Shown one piece after another: positions 9,063 through 18,534 of a DNA stretch of 64,000 bases. Source of the stretch: an uncultured virus (IMG/VR IMGVR_UViG_3300031335_000002) (taxonomy: Duplodnaviria > Heunggongvirae > Uroviricota > Caudoviricetes); the IMG/VR virus record IMGVR_UViG_3300031335_000002; one strand, written 5' to 3'. Both the position numbers and the translations under genes were made by a program. Numbering within the stretch: position 1 is the stretch's first letter; every line of letters starts with the position of its first letter. The notes beneath the pieces are model-generated. The model was not told where the DNA came from. It did not search any database and saw nothing but the letters and a program-made list of their open reading frames with translations.

Positions 9063-9599
9063 TTAGGTAGCTGCGATAGTCGACGGACCAACAAAGTCGA
9101 CCTGAACCGAAATGTTAATAACGGCGGTGTTTGAGTCAGTCAGAGACGGAGTCGGCTGGATGGCTTCGATCTTGCCTTTCCAGTAGAACTCTGTGTTATC
9201 AACATCCAGCGTAGCAGCTGTACCATCAGCTTCTGTTACCGCCGCAGCAGCAAACATAAAGCGGAAAGCAACTTCTTGACCTTTGATATCTTCAAATTCT
9301 AGAATATCGCTAGGCACGTAGTTGATTGTAACGTCCATCGACGGAGCATCAGATTGTCCTGATACCTGTGAGGACTGTTGTTGGCCAAATACAGGAACGT
9401 TAGTAATGTTAGCGGCGTTACCTACGGCTGGGAATTCTCGTGGCGAAGGTACGCGTAGAACGTCAGTTCCCGGTGTTCCGCCTGCGAATAGAGCTGCATA
9501 GTCTCCAGCGACAGAGTCGCCGTCGATAGCGCTAACATCGCCTGTAAAAACGTCCATGTACGAGTAAATACCAGACGTTAGTGAGCTAATGTGAGTCAT
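9063..9599 (-). CDS. major tail tube protein
   Basis: 178 aa; REFPAVG...VPVFGQ...QVSGQSDAP; synteny in the tail operon. Confidence 0.8.
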   Translation of the reverse strand: MTHISSLTSGIYSYMDVFTGDVSAIDGDSVAGDYAALFAGGTPGTDVLRVPSPREFPAVGNAANITNVPVFGQQQSSQVSGQSDAPSMDVTINYVPSDILEFEDIKGQEVAFRFMFAAAAVTEADGTAATLDVDNTEFYWKGKIEAIQPTPSLTDSNTAVINISVQVDFVGPSTIAAT

Positions 9600-9609
9600 A
9601 AATTTCTCC

Positions 9610-9996
9610 TTAGAGGTGTTTGGTAAATGAAGCTTGCCAGACCATCATGCCTAGTGCTTCATTGTCGGGGTCATCTTGAGGTTGCGAAAGTGTTGAGTAA
9701 TTGATTGTTAATGTATTGTCAATAAAACGATCAAACGTATCTTCTAAAGTACCAGCGTAGTCAACAGCGTCCATATGTCCGTTGTTTCTATCATAAAAGA
9801 TCCTAAAGAAAATCAGTCCTTCCATAACAGAGCCATCACCGAAGTCTTCACGCTCACGGTCGTTAAAGGAGATTGAGTATCTCCCGTATAAGCTCTCGTT
9901 AGAGATGTTACCTTTGTAATCCTCTGGGTAAGCTTCAAGTCCTGAAGCGCCAACTAAGCTACCTACAATGAGATAAACTGGTCTAAAACTAGACAT
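9610..9996 (-). CDS. tail terminator / completion protein (putative)
   Basis: 128 aa, immediately upstream of tail tube gene. Confidence 0.6.
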   Translation of the reverse strand: MSSFRPVYLIVGSLVGASGLEAYPEDYKGNISNESLYGRYSISFNDREREDFGDGSVMEGLIFFRIFYDRNNGHMDAVDYAGTLEDTFDRFIDNTLTINYSTLSQPQDDPDNEALGMMVWQASFTKHL

Positions 9997-9997
9997 A

Positions 9998-10342
9998 TCA
10001 ATTCTCCTTAGTAGCTGTTATTTCAACAATGTACTTCATTGTAGGTTCAAACCCAGTGATAGTATAGGTTCTATTCTCAAAGGTTAGAGTTTGGTAAGTG
10101 TTTTCTGATACATCACCATACCTAAAAAGTAGCTTAACCTCTTCTGTACCGTCTTTACTAATAGAACGACTTACTTCGATACCTTGACGGGTAACAGGAG
10201 GGACAGCACTTTCAATGTTAGATTGAGTAGTGTGATCAAAACCACTTACGGTTTTTGGTTGTAGAGTTACAGACCTCTTCACATCACCAACGGCGTTGAA
10301 GGCAGTCTCTACTCCACCTCTAATTCTTGAATCTAGGGACAT
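9998..10342 (-). CDS. head closure / stopper protein (putative)
   Basis: 114 aa beta-rich protein between adaptor and tail terminator. Confidence 0.6.
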   Translation of the reverse strand: MSLDSRIRGGVETAFNAVGDVKRSVTLQPKTVSGFDHTTQSNIESAVPPVTRQGIEVSRSISKDGTEEVKLLFRYGDVSENTYQTLTFENRTYTITGFEPTMKYIVEITATKEN

Positions 10343-10839
10343 TAGTTAGCCATCCACCAAGTATAGCCGGAGTTCCCGCGCACTGTAAGAGGCTTAAGTA
10401 GATCAACTACCTTGTAAGGGAATTTAACGGTCTTTGTCCTAGAGTTACTATCTGAAATCGAGATAGGCCCAACAGTTATGCTTTCCGCAATACTCTCTTC
10501 AGAGGCATATGCAGCAGGGAACTGTATAAAGTGGAGCGCTTGTAGCGTTGTAGCTAGCTTTACTCTTTCTGGGATTTCATCGTTAGCAGGATTAACAATC
10601 AAATTAAGTTTTGGGTCAACAAATTTCGCACTTGTGCGAGGCCACCCAAGCGTTTGGGAGGCACTCACAGCAGAACCAAGCCAACGACGTTCGTCAATCG
10701 CTGATGTAGCGGTAACAAGAGCCTGTGCTTTGGTAACGGGATCAGCAGCGTCCCAGTCTGAGAGGCCAAATCGATCAGCAAGGATCGTTGTAGCATCCGC
10801 GACTGAAATGTAGCTGTTTACTCCGACGATTAAAGCCAT
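10342..10839 (-). CDS. head-tail adaptor (DnaT-like phage family)
   Basis: Motifs NSYISVADA, SQTLGWPR, IPERVKLAT, SITVGPISIS. Confidence 0.8.
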   Translation of the reverse strand: MALIVGVNSYISVADATTILADRFGLSDWDAADPVTKAQALVTATSAIDERRWLGSAVSASQTLGWPRTSAKFVDPKLNLIVNPANDEIPERVKLATTLQALHFIQFPAAYASEESIAESITVGPISISDSNSRTKTVKFPYKVVDLLKPLTVRGNSGYTWWMAN

Positions 10840-10856
10840 GAGTACCTCCTTTAAGC

Positions 10857-11975
10857 TTATGCGTGGTAAATTGGAAGGATCGGCAGGTTTAGAGCCGAAA
10901 CTTTACGTGTCCAAGAAGCTGCTGCAGAGAAAGTAGCGTTAGTAGCAAACGCGTCCTCAGCACCAGCCCAAGCATAACCCTCAGGGTGCCACACGTAACC
11001 CCAACGGTACCAAATCTCAGTCTTACCACCACCAAGGTAGACAGACGCATCACGATCTATCTCAACCGGAGTTGGGATTTCAATCGGAGCGAAAGAAACA
11101 GAGTTGGGTTTCATAAGGAAAGTACACTTAGTAGACCGTTCGTTTAGATTGCCAGCACTAACCGATGCCATCTGAGTGAAACGAGTAGGCAGTAGGCGGA
11201 ATTTACCATCAAAGATAGTAGTGAATTCCAGTTCACCGTCCGTTACTCGGTCCTCATCAACGAGGTTAGCAGCGCGGATCTGTGCAAGGGTCTCCGGGGA
11301 GGTAACCATGTACATGTAGTCCGGTTCGTAGTCCTTAAACGCCATACCAATTGCTTGGAACAGACGCTCACCACGAGCAGCACCAACACCCGATGCATCA
11401 AACAGCTTACGCTGATCAGGTGCACCAGAAGCAGCAGCACCAAAGACACCAGAAGAAGCGTTGAGATCAACAAAGAAACCAGTTGCTGTGGCATCAGGGT
11501 CAGTATCAAAGTCTACAAGACCACCCTCACCTGCACCGCTAGCATCACCTAGGGCGACCTCTGAACGAGCAACACCTTGTAGGACGTTGTAGAAGGCTTT
11601 GCCTTCGTCTTCCATACGTGTCTGTGCGAAGTCACGAGCAATCTTTTTAAGCCCGTCTTCACCAGAGATCACTTGTTGCACGTTAACTTGCTCAGCACCG
11701 TGCGAACGAGCGGTCTTGATGTATTTTGCAAGGTTAGTGCTGATGTTTGTCATTGTACCTTCAGTGTCGTCAGTTGTTGACATGACGTTGACTTCCGGCT
11801 CAAGAGGCTTGTACCAACGGAACTGGCCAATATAGCTTTCTGAGTTACCGTCAATACCCTCACGAGTACCTACGACACCAGTCGTGTGGATGTTTTTGGA
11901 AGTAGTGTACGCTTCGTGTGAGTACTGACGTAGTACTTCCTCAATGACCTGAAAGTTAGCATTAGAGATAGGCAT
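10857..11975 (-). CDS. major capsid protein
   Basis: 372 aa, follows scaffold; C-terminal VEIDRDA...YVWHPEGYAW typical of this coat protein family. Confidence 0.85.
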   Translation of the reverse strand: MPISNANFQVIEEVLRQYSHEAYTTSKNIHTTGVVGTREGIDGNSESYIGQFRWYKPLEPEVNVMSTTDDTEGTMTNISTNLAKYIKTARSHGAEQVNVQQVISGEDGLKKIARDFAQTRMEDEGKAFYNVLQGVARSEVALGDASGAGEGGLVDFDTDPDATATGFFVDLNASSGVFGAAASGAPDQRKLFDASGVGAARGERLFQAIGMAFKDYEPDYMYMVTSPETLAQIRAANLVDEDRVTDGELEFTTIFDGKFRLLPTRFTQMASVSAGNLNERSTKCTFLMKPNSVSFAPIEIPTPVEIDRDASVYLGGGKTEIWYRWGYVWHPEGYAWAGAEDAFATNATFSAAASWTRKVSALNLPILPIYHA

Positions 11976-11996
11976 AGTTTAATCCTTTCGTTAGAA

Positions 11997-12761
11997 TCAT
12001 CGGACGCCCAATTTCTTTCGTGTTTGGGCTATCATCTGATCTTGTGGAACATCGAAAATCGATTTAGGTTTGTCTTGAGGCACACTTGTCGAAGTCATCG
12101 ACGTAGTAGAACTCCCAGTATTTTGCTTCGGTTTGAAAAGAAACCTGTTTTCTTCATCTTCTAGATAACTAGAAACAGTAGACTCGATGTCTTTACCATC
12201 GCGAGAGACCCAACGACCACTGTCGTCTTGAATAAGAGAATCAACAATGTCCCGACGTGCAGATGCGCGAGCACGATCGTTACGGAATTCTGCAGTACTT
12301 AGAGAGGCGTCAACGGCGTTATCACGACGAAGACTCACGTTTTCACCCCTTAGAGTTTCTAGTTCAGAATTCATATCAGAGATCTGCGCTTCTAGCGCTT
12401 CTTTGTCTTTACCTGCTGATTTCATAGCTTCAATCTCAGCTTCCCTCTCACGCTTTTTAGTGTCTTTGAGTTCTGCTTGGGTATCTTTGAGTTTCTTATC
12501 AAGAGCATCCATCTTTTCTTTGAATTGCTGTTTCAAAACCTCAAGCTCTGAATCTTCTTTCTTATTCTTGTCTTTTTCTTTGTTCTTATTATCAGAGCCA
12601 TCAACGTCAGCGTCCGCATCAGTTGTTTCCTCTTTGATATCATCTTCAGTGTTTCCGTTTTCGTCATCTTCGTTTGAAGCATTATCTTTTTCGGATTGAG
12701 CATCATCAATTTTCTTACGAAGCTCTTCCATTTGTGCTTTGAGTTCTTCTTTAGTAGCCAT
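11997..12761 (-). CDS. capsid scaffolding protein
   Basis: Acidic coiled-coil protein upstream of capsid gene; ATG 12761 with AGGAG RBS. Confidence 0.8.
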   Translation of the reverse strand: MATKEELKAQMEELRKKIDDAQSEKDNASNEDDENGNTEDDIKEETTDADADVDGSDNKNKEKDKNKKEDSELEVLKQQFKEKMDALDKKLKDTQAELKDTKKREREAEIEAMKSAGKDKEALEAQISDMNSELETLRGENVSLRRDNAVDASLSTAEFRNDRARASARRDIVDSLIQDDSGRWVSRDGKDIESTVSSYLEDEENRFLFKPKQNTGSSTTSMTSTSVPQDKPKSIFDVPQDQMIAQTRKKLGVR

Positions 12762-12822
12762 TAAAATTTCTCCTACAGTCACTGACTGTGTTAGCCGTTG
12801 AGTTACAAACTCTCAGGTCGAA

Positions 12823-15800
12823 TTAGGGTCCTACACCATAAAAATCTTTATTAGGTACGTCCGTCAATATGTCTTCCCTAGTTATAGGGTTAGGCGGATC
12901 AATAAGACCAAGTTGTTTTGCTTCAGCGAGAAGTTCATCGTAGGTAGCCTTAGGCAACCCCTCTTTTCGCATTTCAGCAAGAGTTCTTCGGATAGTATCC
13001 CCCTCTAGGGCATCCGCATAGATTTCACGGAGAGCAGCTTTAGCGTTATCTGCTTCCGCTAGATTAGTAAAGAAAGCGTCGTGGATTGTACCAGTAGACT
13101 TGCCCTCTTTGCGGCCCCACAAGTGGAACTTGCGAACAATAACCGCGTCGTTAGAATGGTTTCCATTCACACCCAGACCAATAGAAGCATCTTGGACAGA
13201 TCCTTTTCCAAGGAGCTTGCCGTCTTCAGCTTGTGCTGCATAGATGTTCATAACCTTTCGTCCTGTTATGGGATCCCTGAATTCAATTCTCTCTTGAAGT
13301 TCCGGTCGGTATCTTTGTGTCATAACCTTACCGTCAAAAGTCACCCACGGGATGTCTACCTTTTTAGTTTCAGTTGTAAAGCGTTTAGATACTCTTTTCC
13401 AGAAATTAATGAATTCATTTGTAACAGGTGCTCTGTCAGACAGCTTCTCTGACATTAGCGCAGAAAGTTCTTTAAAGTCATTTGGGCCAATCAGGCCTCC
13501 ACGAGCACTAGTCACCTTAGCAACAAAGTCTGCCGTGTCGCTGTGAATTTCTTCTGCTTCTTTTAGAAGCCTTAGACCAATAGACTGGTCCTTGTTCACC
13601 ATATTGATAAGCTCACCCCTAAAGGCTTTCAGATTAGCTGAAGTAAGTTCTGCACCAATCCTATCTGCTTGTTTGATCTGTGAATCAATTATCCTAAGCT
13701 GACCGCTTAGCTCTGATTTAGTAATTGTAGTAAAGCCTCTTTCATCTAGAAGTTTAGATAGCTTTGCTGCAACGTTAGCGGTCTTAGTTGCCTCACCGGC
13801 ACCGTAGAAACTTACCCAATTTGTTCAATGGGGTGGTTATTCCCATCCGCATAACAATAACTTAGCTATGCTGCTACATGTTTCCATGCAGATCAGACTA
13901 TATCATCAACCTCTCTGTAGTAGGTTGCCCTGCGCTTCCACTCGACACTTGAGTGTACTCCTCTCGGATAGTCGTTGAACGTTCCTTATACAATACTATA
14001 GTATTGTATGAGGCTTCGCTGCTGATTGTCTTCACCGTTACGTGGTCAGAGTTTCCAGCAATTCACAGGGTTTAAAGAACACAATATAAGTTTATGTTCT
14101 GCGCTTTAGCACCTTTAGCAAGATCCTCCCAAGTCAAGTTCGCGTCACGGAGCGCCTTAATCTTGTTGAAACGAGGATCATTAATGGTGTCAATAGCCAC
14201 TAGGTCATAGAGTCTATTCTTTTGTGTCGTAGGAACAACGTTAGAGGCTTCCGAGACCATACGGTCCCCAGTAGAAAGCCCGATAATTTGTGCACCAGAG
14301 GACGACGCATCGTTCTCTATCATAAGACGTGTTTTAAATGATTTGAGTTTAGCAGCATCTCTCATGTCGCCGCCAACGTGGTCATATACACGAGCATACT
14401 CTAAAGCCATACGAGACATCTTAGGTACCTCGGGTCCTTCTAGACCCTTGATTAGGGGGTGTTCTAGGAACTCCCTCATACGCCTGTCTCTCTGGGTTTC
14501 TTGCTGCATTAGCCTTCCTAGAGAAAGGATGTCTTCCCGCTTTCTCTGAAAGATAGCCTTACGACCACTAAGGGTAAGAGCCTCTGTACCGGGTCCAATC
14601 ATAGCTCCAATCTGGGTTTCTAGCTCATCTACTGCATTGAGAGTCATTGGAGTAGCAATAGCATCATCTAAAAAGGGTCGAACCATCTCACCACCAGTAG
14701 GTGTCAGGTATCCACGGTGGTAGACACGGCCACGGCTATCCATGTATGTATCCGACCAAAAGGGTTTACCACGATTTGTCTGGTACCTGCCTGCTGTCAT
14801 GAAACCAAAGCCTTGGTCACCACGTTTGATGATCTCGTGTCTAAACTCATTAAGGCCATCGTAGTAATCTGTGTTACCGCGAGGGTCACGGAACCTAACA
14901 ACATCATCCATAAAGTTAAAGAACACCGGATCTGTTTGGTATTGTGTACCAGAGGCTTGGTTTAGAGCATTAGCAAAGTCTGCATCAACCTGATTTGCGT
15001 CAAAGCTAGCGTACTTACGTCTAGATATGATAGGTCTGCCGGTAACATTACCACGAGCATCAAAGGCTTCCTTCTTACCAGCGCGGACAAACTGCCTATC
15101 TCTATCAAAAGAAATACCCATACGTCTGCCAACAACAACTCGTCTTTCAGCCTTCTGTAGCTCAATAAGACGTTTGTCGATTACCTCAACCTCTCTAGAA
15201 ACTGTGTCTCCCCAGAAGCCTGTGGCACGACCTGTCTCTACATCTAGAACACCTCTGCGGGTCTTACCACGGTAGTTGAGACGGATCATCTTTCTGTCCT
15301 TCATGTAATCAAGGACTCTGGAACCGTCTTTGTGGTAGTCTTGTAAAGTGTGTTTCTGGAATGGGTTAACATCTTCTAGATCTTTTGCCATTTGTTTACC
15401 AATAGCAATAGAAAGACCGTCGTAGTCTGTCATTTGTCCAGAACCAACAAGCTTTACTGCTTTAGAAAGAGAGTTGAGTACTTTGTCATCCATTACCTTT
15501 GATGTAGGATTCTTCTTAGATGTAAGAAATTCAAAGTCAATAATTCTACGAATACGTTCATCGATACCACGTTCAAATCTAACAGCTAATTCGTCTGTGG
15601 GTGTTCTATACCATTTTAGGTACTTAGCAAATGAGGTTTTCTCCCAACGCTTCTTAAGTGTTTCGGGCTTCTTGACTTTTCCTAGAAGACCTTGGAAATA
15701 AGACCTTGGTGGGCTTTTCCCTCTGAAGTAAAGCTCTTTCGAGAGTTTAGCTCCAACACCAGTACGGAAGGAATCAATAGACCTCTGATCTGCAAGAAGT

Positions 15801-17494
15801 CTATCCTGTAGCTGATCAATCTTGTAGTAATCACCCATAAGCTGGACTTGAGGTCCTCCTTCTTTAGCACCAAAGAAGCGAGAAAATAAGTTGTATTTAT
15901 CTCTCTGTCTAGTATCAAGAAGACGGGCAGTGTTCTGAACAGCAAATCTATTTTCTGCTCTAAGTACATTAGCAAAGTTGTCCCAAGGCTGCTTGTCTTT
16001 CCTAGCTCGCTCTATTACAACCCTAAGGTTTTCAATAGCAACTGTTTGCTGATTTGTTGACACTTTCTCTTCTAAGGAGTTAATCACAGATCCAATGAAG
16101 TCTTTATCTTCAGATTGGAGGACTTTAGAGTTCCTCATGAAGTCAAGACGTTCTTGTAGAAGTGTGTAGTTAGGATCATAAAGGTTGTTGTTTCTTGCCT
16201 CACCTGTAAGGGGGTCGAAGCTATTATTACTTTCATCGAAGATGTTAGCTGTACGGCGACGAGCGGTTTGTTTACCTTGCAGTGTTGTACCTTTAAAGTC
16301 CGTTAGAGAGTAAGTTTTACCGAGATCATCAGCATCATTGACAAATAGATCTACAACCTCTCGCTTATACTTAGCATTCCTGACGAGGGTGCTAGGGCGC
16401 GCCACAGCGATCTGTGTTACGACATCTTCACCTATCGACTGCTTAGGGCGGAAAATGTTAGTAAGATTAGCAGCACGACGTCTCAAAGCAGTAATAGAGA
16501 GTGCGCTACCTTGAGGTGTCACGAAGTTATCGGCTTTGACTTCTCCTTTTCGGAAAAGATCTGCCTTTTCTTGACTACCAAGGATCTTTGTTTGGACATC
16601 ATAAGCCTGACGTTTAAGCCACTGACCAAAGGTTTCTTTCTCTGGGGGAGATCCTGTTAAAGAACTTCCTTTCGTGGTTTCAAGAGCAGCTAAATTGATC
16701 CTATCAGACTCTTTCTTTAGCAGTTCGGCTTTGCTCTCAAATATAGGAACAAGGGTAGAACGGCAGTTAAAGTGTAGTGGAGGGGCAAAACGCCTATCAC
16801 CTACATCATAGATCTTACCATCATGATAACGACAAATGCTAGAAGTACGATTATCAAGCATTGCTTGGAACATGTAGCCTTTGATGGCTTCCTTGTTTTC
16901 CCCTACCGCACTAAACAGAGCATCGCGCTGCGTAGCTGTGATACCTGTACGAGAAAGAGTACCCGCTTGGTGGGCTGTCATCTTGGTTGTTTTGCTGACG
17001 TCACTAATAATTTGATTTTGAGACTTATTATCTCTACGACCACGCTTCAACCAAGTTTGTACCCTAGTTGTCTCACCACGAGCAATGTTCTCTACGTTAT
17101 TTTTGATAGCAGCATCACCGTTGATACTAGCGCCAGTAATATCTGCTAGATCAGCCTTGTTCTTAGGTCTACGAACGGAGAACCATCCTTTAGTGTGTTT
17201 TGAGATACTATCAGTGTAGAAATCTACCTCAGCACCATGTAGCTCTGTCAAATTTGTCTTCTGCCAAGAAAAGAGCTCTGTAGCAAAACGGTTTTGCTCT
17301 CGTCTGAATTTGTTGGCTATTTTCTTCTTTTGATCAATAGTAGTTGTTGCTAAGTCTTCCTTAACAAGCTTAACTAGAGACTCACGATGACGATTTACAA
17401 TACGACTATTACCAATCTGAATGCTCTCTTCGAACTTTCTAACGTCAGTAAGGTGATCAATCACCTCGTCGTTCATTTTCTGTGTAACATCCAT
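12823..17494 (-). CDS. MuF/SPP1-gp7-like head protein fused to T7/SP6-family single-subunit RNA polymerase; spliced, exon 1 17494-14094 plus exon 2 13816-12823, about 1464 aa
   Basis: MuF motifs LDNRTSSICRYHDG and PPLHFNCRS. RNAP motifs DSRGRVY, A (NDASSSGAQ), B (K-AQNM|VSFYG, formed only after splicing), NGNHSNDA and C (TIHDAF). AGGAG RBS before ATG 17494. Confidence 0.9.
13817..14093 (-). ncRNA. group I self-splicing intron (IA-like), 277 nt, no ORF
   Basis: P1 AGAACAU/GUGUUCU with U.G at the 5' splice site; P10 AAACUUAU/GUAAGUUU; P AAUUGCUGGAAA; Q AAUCAGCAG; P3 CCCUGUG/CGCAGGG; P7 GACUA/UAGUC; terminal G; removal restores the frame. Confidence 0.93.
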
Positions 17495-17520
17495 TCTAGC
17501 AATCTCCTGATTGGTAAGTT

Positions 17521-17581
17521 TGGTGGAATGAACCGCACAGTCCTTGCAAAAGACCGTCGCCCCCTTAGAACATGTCACCCC
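17521..17581 (-). pseudogene. tRNA-Ala(UGC)-like gene lacking the T arm
   Basis: Acceptor GGGGTGA/TCATTCC with G3.U70, loop TTTGCAA, ACCA end; no complete T arm. Confidence 0.6.
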
Positions 17582-17664
17582 GTTTTATGATTTTTGCCTG
17601 CAGCTTTCTTGGCATAACGTTTTCACCCTGCATTTAACTTGCCTAAGGCAGCAAAGAGTAATTA

Positions 17665-17740
17665 TGGCCGACCCGGAAGGACTCGAACCCTCACTTGAAG
17701 ATTAGAAGTCAACTGTTCTATCCTGTTGAACTACGGATCA
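17665..17740 (-). tRNA. tRNA-Arg(UCU)
   Basis: Cloverleaf, loop CTTCTAA, GGTTCGAGTCC, CCA end. Confidence 0.88.
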
Positions 17741-17792
17741 GTGTATAGTGTTTATAGTTTATGTGTGTCGTATCCTAGCTTAATCTTATGTA

Positions 17793-17868
17793 TGGTGGTC
17801 CTGCCGGGACTCGAACCCAGATATTACGATTATAAGTTGTACGCTCTAACCAGTTGAGCTACAAGACA
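17793..17868 (-). tRNA. tRNA-Ile(UAU)
   Basis: Cloverleaf, loop CTTATAA, TAGCTCAACTGGTTAGAGC D arm, CCA end. Confidence 0.85.
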
Positions 17869-17881
17869 TTGATTATTAAAT

Positions 17882-17968
17882 TGGTACGGGTAGAGGGAGT
17901 CGAACCCCCACGTCTTTTAAAACACTAGGACCTAAACCTAGCGCGGCTACCTATTTCGCCATACCCGC
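17882..17968 (-). tRNA. tRNA-Leu(UAG)
   Basis: CTAGG-TTTAGGT-CCTAG anticodon arm, long variable arm, CCA end. Confidence 0.9.
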
Positions 17969-17969
17969 A

Positions 17970-18047
17970 TGGTCCCCCCACCCCGGACTCGAACCGGGAG
18001 AACCGGCAGTTTAAGTGCCGTACGGTTACCAATTACGTCAGTGGGGA
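17970..18047 (-). tRNA. tRNA with UAA anticodon (Leu), short variable loop
   Basis: CGGCA-CTTAAAC-TGCCG; CCCGG-TTCGAGT-CCGGG; CCA end. Confidence 0.8.
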
Positions 18048-18065
18048 ATGGTACCGTGTAATTAG

Positions 18066-18140
18066 TGGTGGAAAGGGGAAGAATCGAACTTCCTACGCGC
18101 AGGGCTTCAACCTACCGCTCTACCTCTGAGCTAATCGGGT
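18066..18140 (-). pseudogene. tRNA-Phe(GAA)-like gene with non-pairing acceptor stem
   Basis: D, anticodon (TTGAAGC) and T arms plus CCA are intact; 5' ACCCGAT does not pair with 3' CCTTTCC. Confidence 0.7.
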
Positions 18141-18152
18141 AAATATAAATAA

Positions 18153-18206
18153 TGGCAGCTTAGGTAGGACTCGAACATACATGTGTTACCAGTCAGCCAC
18201 TAAGCT
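18153..18206 (-). pseudogene. 54-nt tRNA-like element lacking the anticodon arm
   Basis: Perfect acceptor AGCTTAG/CTAAGCT, T loop TTCGAGT, GCCA end. Confidence 0.6.
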
Positions 18207-18212
18207 ATTAGT

Positions 18213-18359
18213 CTATCCAGCGATGAGAGCAAGAAAGATCACAAAAGCTATTGCCCCGCCACCTACAAGGAGGCCAAGTGATTTAGTCTTAGACCAAGCT
18301 TTCACTTTATCTTTTGCTTCGATGACTTTTTCCTTTGCTGTATCAATGATGTCTTTCAT
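18213..18359 (-). CDS. small membrane-anchored protein inside the tRNA cluster
   Basis: 48 aa from ATG 18359 with AGGAG RBS; C-terminal transmembrane segment. Confidence 0.65.
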   Translation of the reverse strand: MKDIIDTAKEKVIEAKDKVKAWSKTKSLGLLVGGGAIAFVIFLALIAG

Positions 18360-18382
18360 TGTATATCTCCTGATATCGAATA

Positions 18383-18457
18383 TGGTTGCGCAGAGGGGAG
18401 TTGAACCCCTAGTACAGGCCTTATGAGGGCCGCGTGTTACCATTACACCACCGCGCG
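18383..18457 (-). tRNA. tRNA-Met(CAU), initiator-like
   Basis: C1xA72 mismatch, loop CTCATAA, TTCAACT T loop, ACCA end. Confidence 0.85.
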
Positions 18458-18462
18458 AAACT

Positions 18463-18514
18463 TGGTGGGAGAGGGAGGACTCGAACCTCGCCCGGTTAAA
18501 GATTTTCCTCGCCC
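18463..18514 (-). pseudogene. 52-nt tRNA-like element (acceptor plus T arm only)
   Basis: GGGCGAG/CTCTCCC acceptor, GAGG-TTCGAGT-CCTC, ACCA end. Confidence 0.55.
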
Positions 18515-18534
18515 AGTTATTCTTATTCTTATTC

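Noticed and set aside
12823..13602. Independent 259-aa gene, or a pseudogenised RNAP broken at the 14072 stop
   Set aside because: The frame is open up to 13816 and a complete group I intron explains the break; this ORF is exon 2
17495..17578. Upstream GTG start for the MuF-RNAP
   Set aside because: Overlaps the Ala-like tRNA element; a good AGGAG RBS precedes ATG 17494
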